Positions 25,941 through 32,207 of a stretch of DNA of 64,000 nucleotides are shown here, in pieces (position 1 is the stretch's first letter; each line of letters starts with the position of its first letter). Made by a program: the position numbers and the translations under genes. Under the pieces are notes generated by a model, which was not told the origin of the DNA, searched no databases, and was given only the letters and a program-made list of their open reading frames with translations. Source of the DNA: a phage; assembly GCA_024449565.1 (NCBI GenBank), contig GCA_024449565.1_4810.1; one strand, written 5' to 3'.

Positions 25941-26780
25941 ATGGCCGAAGCAATCAAAGTATTATCTAAAGAAGAAAAACAAGCCGCTGCAGCAGAACGT
26001 CGTCGCGTAGCTGAAGAAAAACGTTTGGCTAAAAAGAAAGAAGCCGAAGAAAAGCGCCAGAAGCGCGAACAGGAAAAACAAGCCAAGCGTGAAGAAGCCG
26101 CGCTGAAACGCAAGCAGGCTGCTGACGAGAAGGCTCAGAAGCGTGCTGAAGAAGCAGCTAAGAAAGCTAAAGAGCGTGCAGAAAAGGCCGCTGCTAAGAA
26201 AGCAGAGCGTGAAGCCGCTAAAGCAGCAAAAGAAATCGAAAAGGCAAAGGCTAAAGAAGAAGCCAAGCGCCTGAAAGCCGAGCAGGCTGCGGCCAAGAAA
26301 GCAGAGCGTGATCAAGCCCGTGCTGCAGCGAAGGCCGAAAAAGAGAAGGCCAAAGAAGAAGCTAAAGCGAAACGCAAGGCAGAGCGTGAAGCTGCTAAGA
26401 TTGCGGCGAAAGAAGCTGCAGAACAGCAGAAAGAACAGCGTAAGAAAGAAGCTGAAGAACGTCGCAAAGCCATCGCAGAACGTAAGGCTGCTAAAAAGGC
26501 AAACGGTCAGCGTCGTGCAAAAGCCACTCACTTCATCTACACTGGCAATGGCCTGAGCCAGCCGCAAGAGCATTCCACCCGTGGACGCGTTCTGGCGGCG
26601 ATCAAAGAAGGCGAAGTTGGCGTGGCACAGTCTATCGATGAGCTGGGCGAAAAAGTTAAAGATCAACTGTTTGGCGCTTCCGTTCGCTCCTACCTGAGCA
26701 AGCTGGAAGAGATGGGACACATCGAGTTTGTCGATGTTGAATCCAACGACGATGCTGAAGACGGTGATCAAGCGGAATAA
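25941..26780 (+). CDS. Lys/Ala/Glu-rich low-complexity coiled-coil protein with globular acidic C-terminal domain
   Basis: 279 aa; ~190 residues of KAE-rich repeats (EEKRxAKK, AEREAAK) then ~80-aa non-repetitive acidic domain. Confidence 0.65.
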   Translation: MAEAIKVLSKEEKQAAAAERRRVAEEKRLAKKKEAEEKRQKREQEKQAKREEAALKRKQAADEKAQKRAEEAAKKAKERAEKAAAKKAEREAAKAAKEIEKAKAKEEAKRLKAEQAAAKKAERDQARAAAKAEKEKAKEEAKAKRKAEREAAKIAAKEAAEQQKEQRKKEAEERRKAIAERKAAKKANGQRRAKATHFIYTGNGLSQPQEHSTRGRVLAAIKEGEVGVAQSIDELGEKVKDQLFGASVRSYLSKLEEMGHIEFVDVESNDDAEDGDQAE

Positions 26781-26808
26781 CCTGTAGGACGGTTATATAG
26801 CGGTAATT

Positions 26809-26836
26809 GACCCACACTTGATGTGGGTCTTTTTTC
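26809..26836 (+). terminator. intrinsic terminator after the KAE-rich gene
   Basis: gacccaca/tgtgggtc 8-bp stem, loop cttga, then ttttttcg. Confidence 0.6.
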
Positions 26837-26914
26837 GTCTGTACTAAATAGAAATGACTTGTTGCTGTAAATTAATTTAGCTATTATACTTCTCATATCA
26901 CCCACAAAGGAAAA

Positions 26915-27910
26915 ATGAACATGAAACAACCTGTAATGATTATCGGCGGCGGCTTGGCAGGACTTATTACCGCGTGTCACTTCCCGAACTCCATTGTGTA
27001 CGAAGCAGGGGAACGAGCGCCACAGCACAAGGCGCTGCTACGCTTTCGCGGCGAAGAAGTAAGCCGTATTACCGGAATCCCTTTTAAGGCCGTGACAGTT
27101 GACAAGGCTGTGTATTTTCGCGGTAACTACTATAACGACCATTGCCCAATCAACCTTGCCAATATGTATTCGATGAAGGTCACCAATCAGTTTGGTAGCC
27201 GTTCAATCATGAAGCTTAAAACTGCAACGCGTTATATTGCGCCGGACGACTTCTATGATCAGCTTGTCGATAAACTGGGTGATCGCATATTCTTCAATAC
27301 TCCGGTTGACACGCTTTGCGGCTATAGCGAGACGCCAATCATCAATACATCGCCGCTGCCAGTCATGATGAAGCTGGCAGGAATTGATCAAAATATTGAC
27401 TTTTCATTCGATAAAGCAAACATTCGCGTTTACCGCTTTAAGATTAAACGTAAGTGTGAACTGTATCAAACCATTTACTTTCCTGATTGCTCCGTCAGAA
27501 CTTACCGTGCATCAATCACTGGCGACACATTGATCATTGAAACAATTCCTTTGGTTAGCGTAAGTGAAGCCGCAGTTGAAGCCGCTGGCGGCATTACTCG
27601 TTACCGTGACATTAAGTTGCGTGCAGAAGTTGACGAAGTGTTGACGGCCTTTGGTCTTTCATGGAGTGACATTTCTCTCGAAGAAGTTGAAAAGGTCGAC
27701 CAGAAGTATGGCAAGATTGTCGACATTCCGAAAGACTTGCGACACGCTCTACTCCTACAGCTGACCATGGATTTGAACGTATTCAGTGTCGGTCGATTCG
27801 CTACTTGGCGAAACATTTTGCTTGATGACGTTGCTCATGACCTTGTTGAAGTTGAAAAACTCATCAAAGCAAATAACTATCAAAAATTTGCTTATATTGC
27901 TAATAAATAA
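26915..27910 (+). CDS. FAD/NAD(P)-binding oxidoreductase-like protein
   Basis: 331 aa; N-terminal dinucleotide-binding fingerprint VMIIGGGLAGLITA. Confidence 0.55.
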   Translation: MNMKQPVMIIGGGLAGLITACHFPNSIVYEAGERAPQHKALLRFRGEEVSRITGIPFKAVTVDKAVYFRGNYYNDHCPINLANMYSMKVTNQFGSRSIMKLKTATRYIAPDDFYDQLVDKLGDRIFFNTPVDTLCGYSETPIINTSPLPVMMKLAGIDQNIDFSFDKANIRVYRFKIKRKCELYQTIYFPDCSVRTYRASITGDTLIIETIPLVSVSEAAVEAAGGITRYRDIKLRAEVDEVLTAFGLSWSDISLEEVEKVDQKYGKIVDIPKDLRHALLLQLTMDLNVFSVGRFATWRNILLDDVAHDLVEVEKLIKANNYQKFAYIANK

Positions 27911-27918
27911 TTTGCTTT

Positions 27919-27955
27919 CTGCTTCAATGGGCGTATACTTTAATCATTGAAGCAG
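27919..27955 (+). other. 11-bp perfect inverted repeat (possible RNA processing or attenuator hairpin)
   Basis: ctgcttcaatg ... cattgaagcag with 15-nt loop; no T-run. Confidence 0.4.
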
Positions 27956-27976
27956 AACTCATAAGAGGAAACGAAA

Positions 27977-28423
27977 ATGAAACGCATCACTGGAATCGCG
28001 CTTGCCGCAACTGCTATTCTCGGAACCATGTATATGGAAGCGACTGAAGCTGCCATCCGTACTTCCGATTCAATCGCTGTTTACGATTGCGAAGCGATGG
28101 ACGGCAAGACCGCAGCGACGACTGGCGCAACAATTACCACTTACATCGGTGTGAACGAGCAGGAAGGTCTGAATATTCAGATTCAGGGATTCACCGGAAA
28201 AGGCGCCAACCGGACTCCGTGGATGCAGCGTTTCACTTTCGTTCAGCCTCGTTCGACTGGCGACTTTATTAACCTGATTGGTGAAAACCGTTCTGGTGCA
28301 GAAATCTTTACCTCAATGAGTTCTAATAATGAACCAAAGAAAAGTTTTCAGTTGCTTTATAACGCACAATTCGTTTATCATTGCACCTTCTCTGGTGATC
28401 AGCAACTAGTGAATTACCGTTAA
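27977..28423 (+). CDS. secreted protein with signal peptide (148 aa)
   Basis: AAGAGG RBS; N-terminal signal-peptide-like segment MKRITGIALAATAILGTMYMEATEAA; two Cys in the mature part. Confidence 0.6.
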   Translation: MKRITGIALAATAILGTMYMEATEAAIRTSDSIAVYDCEAMDGKTAATTGATITTYIGVNEQEGLNIQIQGFTGKGANRTPWMQRFTFVQPRSTGDFINLIGENRSGAEIFTSMSSNNEPKKSFQLLYNAQFVYHCTFSGDQQLVNYR

Positions 28424-28436
28424 TAGGATAATTAAA

Positions 28437-29246
28437 ATGAAAGTTGAATTAATTCGATACACCCAAGATGCACTTGACCTTTTGCTGGAAACAAAGAACA
28501 CGCGCATGACTGGTAAGCCAGTCTCTGAGATGACAGAATCAGAGAAGCAAGAGCACTGGCGCTACATGCTTGATACAATCAAGTCTCCTTTTGACTTTGT
28601 GGACTATATCTTTGATATCACAGCTGTATCAAAGAACATGACCCATCAGATGGTACGCACACGCACAGGCGCATATCAAGAACGCACCAGCCGCGCTCAG
28701 GAGTCGTCTGCATTTGATGCGATTCGTCCGAAGGCATTCGAGCACCCTTCTGACTGCAATGATGAAAATGCATTTGATGATGTGCACATAAGAAATCACT
28801 CATTGGCAGAGAAGTGGGATGATGCGATGGCCACGATTGACGCTCTATACCAAGAGCTTCGCGCGGCTGGCGCAGAGATTCAAGATGCACGTGCCGTGTT
28901 GCCTTCTAATATGCAAACGCATATCATGGCAAAGTTCAACTTGCGCACTCTACAACAAATGGCCTCTAACCGCTTGTGCACGCGTACTCAAGGCGAGTAT
29001 CAAGAAGTATTCCGTGCAATGGTTGCGGAAGTCCTTAAGGTGCACCCGTGGGCCAATCCTTTACTACAGCCGCAGTGCATCGGTATGGGTAAGTGTGCAT
29101 TTCCTCGTCACGGTAAGGCCCATTGCCCATGGTATCGTGATTGGATGGATACGACTGCACAGCAAGAAGAATTGCGCATTCAGTTTTGGGATGCCGCGCC
29201 AATCACCAACAATCCAGTTGCTAAAGATGGAGTATCAAAAGGATGA
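28437..29246 (+). CDS. thyX: flavin-dependent thymidylate synthase (ThyX)-like protein, divergent active-site motifs
   Basis: 269 aa; SPFDFVDYIFDITAVSKNMTHQMVRTRTGAYQERTSR matches the ThyX core, with RHR as RTR and SPFEH as SPFDF. Confidence 0.6.
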   Translation: MKVELIRYTQDALDLLLETKNTRMTGKPVSEMTESEKQEHWRYMLDTIKSPFDFVDYIFDITAVSKNMTHQMVRTRTGAYQERTSRAQESSAFDAIRPKAFEHPSDCNDENAFDDVHIRNHSLAEKWDDAMATIDALYQELRAAGAEIQDARAVLPSNMQTHIMAKFNLRTLQQMASNRLCTRTQGEYQEVFRAMVAEVLKVHPWANPLLQPQCIGMGKCAFPRHGKAHCPWYRDWMDTTAQQEELRIQFWDAAPITNNPVAKDGVSKG

Positions 29247-30115
29247 GCATTAAAAACAGCGAAATCTTAAATGTATTCGACCTTGACGGAACGCTGTTTG
29301 ATGACCGTTGGCGCTTAGACCGCATTAAGGTGGCAGGTCCGTTGTCAGACTATGATGATTATCACAGCGGTATTGGTTATGATCAGTTCTATCCTCACAT
29401 TGCATCAGCAGTAGAGTCGGCATCTCTTCGCGGTGAGGCGGTTGAATATTGGACTGCAAGGCCAGAAAAATACAGACAAGTGACTTTTGAACGTCTGGAC
29501 AATGTTTTTCCTTTTGATGAATTTACAATCAAGATGAGAGACTATGGCGACAAACGTCCATCAACTATTATGAAATCTGCATGGCTATCGCACGCATTGC
29601 GGCACGGCGATTATCGAATCATCAACGTATTCGACGACCGACAAGACGTACTCGCGCGGATGCAAGATGAAGCATTGTATTATAATTCCGTTGCTCAAAA
29701 TAAAATCGCTTTTACATTTAATCTTTGCAAGGCAGGTGAAGTGGTGCAACAATTAGCAATTGATCCAAGCGCAACAGGGCAAGAAGAGACTAAGGCTGTG
29801 GAAGTTGAACAATCTCCGGCAACTGCCGCCGATATTCTTGATGCAATGGCAGCAACCTTCCGTGAGCGCAACGCTGTCTATGGCGATAACGCTGTGATGG
29901 TAGGTCAGGTTATGCAAGTGCTTTTCCCTAATGGCGTGACGTTGAAAACGCCGGAAGACTACCACATGTGGCATCTGTTCGAGCTTAAGATTGTCAAGCT
30001 TACACGCTTCGCAATCAGCGGCCTGAAGCACGAAGACTCTATACACGATGATGGTGTTTACAGCGCCATGTGTGAACGTCTTGTTAACACCCATAATATT
30101 AATTTCAATAAATAG
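29243..30115 (+). CDS. HAD-superfamily phosphatase-like protein with unknown C-terminal domain
   Basis: 290 aa; HAD motif I FDLDGTLFDD at the N-terminus; start overlaps ThyX-like stop. Confidence 0.55.
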   Translation: MSIKNSEILNVFDLDGTLFDDRWRLDRIKVAGPLSDYDDYHSGIGYDQFYPHIASAVESASLRGEAVEYWTARPEKYRQVTFERLDNVFPFDEFTIKMRDYGDKRPSTIMKSAWLSHALRHGDYRIINVFDDRQDVLARMQDEALYYNSVAQNKIAFTFNLCKAGEVVQQLAIDPSATGQEETKAVEVEQSPATAADILDAMAATFRERNAVYGDNAVMVGQVMQVLFPNGVTLKTPEDYHMWHLFELKIVKLTRFAISGLKHEDSIHDDGVYSAMCERLVNTHNINFNK

Positions 30116-30144
30116 TTTACTTGTGCGTTTCGATGAGTTATATT
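30116..30144 (+). promoter_or_regulatory. sigma70-like promoter (TTTACT - 17 bp - TATATT) within conserved element
   Basis: Shares ~26 nt (GAGTyATAwTTAyyTCATCGAAACGAA) with the element upstream of 37108; overlaps an 11-bp perfect inverted repeat. Confidence 0.45.
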
Positions 30145-30180
30145 TATCTCATCGAAACGAAGTCCAAAAAGGATAAATAA

Positions 30181-30864
30181 ATGAAAAAAGTAATTGTTGT
30201 AACTGGCTGCAATTCCGGTCTTGGTAAGTCCATTTTTGACACCCTTGGCGCTTACGGTCATGAAGTTGTCGGTATTGATTTGGAGAACGGCTATGACATC
30301 CGTAACGCGAAACAGATGAAAGAGCTTCTCTCTCAATACGACGTAGAAGGCTTGATCAACTGCGCTGGCGTCAACTCCAACAACTGGTTCGAAGATGTTA
30401 ACTACGAAGAGTTCAATCGCGTTATGCACACCAACGCCTTCTCTTTCGTCAACACGACTCAGGCCGCGCTGAAAAGTCTTATTGACAACAAAGGTTTTGT
30501 GATCAACATCGTTTCCAACGCTGCGCATATTCCTATGACGTCCAGCTTGTGTTATAATGCTTCCAAGGCTGCTGCGCTCATGATTAGCAAGCAGATGGCT
30601 CACGAGCTTACGCCTAAATACGGGATCACGGTATTCTCTATTAGTCCTAACAAGCTACGTGGTACTGGCATGTCCAAACAGATTGAAGATGCTGTTTGCG
30701 CGACTCGCGGCTGGACTCCTGAATACGCTGCTGAATACCAGAAAAAGGCACTGATGAATGGATTGGAGACTGAGCCGCAAGTAATTGCTGACTTCATTCG
30801 CCATATCTTAATTACGGGCGCATGGCGCTTTATGTCTGGTACTGATATTCCATTTGGGAAATAA
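30181..30864 (+). CDS. short-chain dehydrogenase/reductase (SDR)
   Basis: 227 aa; cofactor motif VTGCNSGLGKS; catalytic YNASK (YxxxK). Confidence 0.75.
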   Translation: MKKVIVVTGCNSGLGKSIFDTLGAYGHEVVGIDLENGYDIRNAKQMKELLSQYDVEGLINCAGVNSNNWFEDVNYEEFNRVMHTNAFSFVNTTQAALKSLIDNKGFVINIVSNAAHIPMTSSLCYNASKAAALMISKQMAHELTPKYGITVFSISPNKLRGTGMSKQIEDAVCATRGWTPEYAAEYQKKALMNGLETEPQVIADFIRHILITGAWRFMSGTDIPFGK

Positions 30865-30867
30865 ATC

Positions 30868-31038
30868 ATGACTATCAAAGTTGTTGTAGAAGTGATTGGC
30901 GACGTAGCAGAAGTGAAGATTGATCAAGAAGGTGTTGGATTTGAAGTAATAAGAATCGAAAACGCAAAGATTAACCACGAGCGCGTCGGTTCCATTGAGA
31001 CTTATTCCATCGAAGGCAACACAGTAATTAATCAATAA
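30868..31038 (+). CDS. possible small protein (56 aa)
   Basis: ATG 30868 to TAA 31036-31038 encodes MTIKVVVEVIGDVAEVKIDQEGVGFEVIRIENAKINHERVGSIETYSIEGNTVINQ. Below track size cutoff. Confidence 0.4.
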   Translation: MTIKVVVEVIGDVAEVKIDQEGVGFEVIRIENAKINHERVGSIETYSIEGNTVINQ

Positions 31039-31058
31039 TATTTAATTAAGGAAACAAA

Positions 31059-31610
31059 ATGCCACATTTTAAAATTGAACAAATCGCCCTGTCAATCCCA
31101 GATGCTCAACGCGCTCAGGACTTCCTGGCTAAAATAGGCCTGACAGAATGGTTCCATGATCACGTTGTTGCTACTGGTCGCGTATTTGAAGCTGATTACT
31201 TTAAAGGTCAGCGCGGCGATTGCACCAATGAAGCTAACTTGCGCTTCAACTATCAGGCTGGCAACGGTACTGATGGCGGCGCTGGTAAGCCTCTTGAGCT
31301 TGAAATCCTTGACTATACAAAAGGTTGCAACTGGATTCGCGAAAACATCGAATACATCGATGCGCACGACAATCAGGTTAGCCATCTTGGTATGCACGTG
31401 ACTGCCGCTGAACTTGCTGAATGGCGCAAGTTCTTTAAAGAAGAAGGCATTCAGGTTGCGCAGGAAGTTGTGACCGACTCTCACACCAACCCAAACATTG
31501 CTGGTCAGCGTCGTTACAACTATGTAATCTTTGATACGCGTGAAATCATCGGCGTTGATTTGAAGTTTATCGTGCGGTTGAATCAAGACGGTACTCCGTA
31601 CACTGCATAA
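31059..31610 (+). CDS. VOC (glyoxalase/dioxygenase-like) family protein, tentative
   Basis: 183 aa; AAGGAAA RBS; N-terminal HFKIEQIALSIPDAQRAQDFLAKIGL resembles the VOC beta-alpha-beta-beta-beta signature. Confidence 0.45.
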   Translation: MPHFKIEQIALSIPDAQRAQDFLAKIGLTEWFHDHVVATGRVFEADYFKGQRGDCTNEANLRFNYQAGNGTDGGAGKPLELEILDYTKGCNWIRENIEYIDAHDNQVSHLGMHVTAAELAEWRKFFKEEGIQVAQEVVTDSHTNPNIAGQRRYNYVIFDTREIIGVDLKFIVRLNQDGTPYTA

Positions 31611-31626
31611 CGAATCTTGAATCTGT

Positions 31627-31651
31627 GGCCGTCCTAATGGGCGGCCTTTTT
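31627..31651 (+). terminator. intrinsic terminator after the enzyme cluster
   Basis: ggccgtcc/gggcggcc stem, loop taat, then ttttt. Confidence 0.55.
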
Positions 31652-31664
31652 GTAGGAGGCCAAT

Positions 31665-32207
31665 GTGTTATTTCTCCCTTATGACTTCGAAACAACAGGA
31701 TTAACCGTGCACCCGAAAGCGCCGCTTGGAATGCAGCCGCGCCCTATTGAATTTGCAGGGTTGTTGACGGACGGCAAAGAGATTCTTGAAACGTTCGAGT
31801 TCATAATTAATCCTGAAATTGTGATTGAAGAAATCATCACAAAGATTACCGGATTGACAAATGAAGACCTTGAGTGCAATCCACCATTCATCAATTTTGT
31901 CCCGCAGCTAAAAGAAATCTTCAAGAAGACGGATGCCACTATCGCGCACAACCATGCGTTCGATAAAAACATTCTTGATTATGCACTACAGCGCGAAGGA
32001 CTTACGCTTGATGATGTTAATTTTCCAGAAATAAACATTTGTACAGTTGAGCAAACCTTGCCTATTTTTGGCCGAAGAGTTAAGCTTCAAGAGCTGTATG
32101 AATTATATTTCGGAAAATATGAACAGAAACACCGTGCATTAGACGACGTAATATTACTGCACAAAGTCTGCCAACAAATTGGCGTATATGACATCTGGAG
32201 TAAATAA
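31665..32207 (+). CDS. DnaQ-like 3-5 exonuclease (DEDDh family)
   Basis: 180 aa; GTG start with AGGAGG RBS; Exo I FLPYDFETTGL, Exo II HNHAFDKNIL, Exo III HRALDDV. Confidence 0.8.
   Translation: MLFLPYDFETTGLTVHPKAPLGMQPRPIEFAGLLTDGKEILETFEFIINPEIVIEEIITKITGLTNEDLECNPPFINFVPQLKEIFKKTDATIAHNHAFDKNILDYALQREGLTLDDVNFPEINICTVEQTLPIFGRRVKLQELYELYFGKYEQKHRALDDVILLHKVCQQIGVYDIWSK

Noticed and set aside
25962-26771. 269-aa minus-strand ORF antisense to the KAE-rich gene
   Set aside because: It is a low-complexity Phe/Leu/Ser-rich mirror of the lysine/alanine/glutamate repeat on the other strand; the plus-strand gene has the RBS and terminator.
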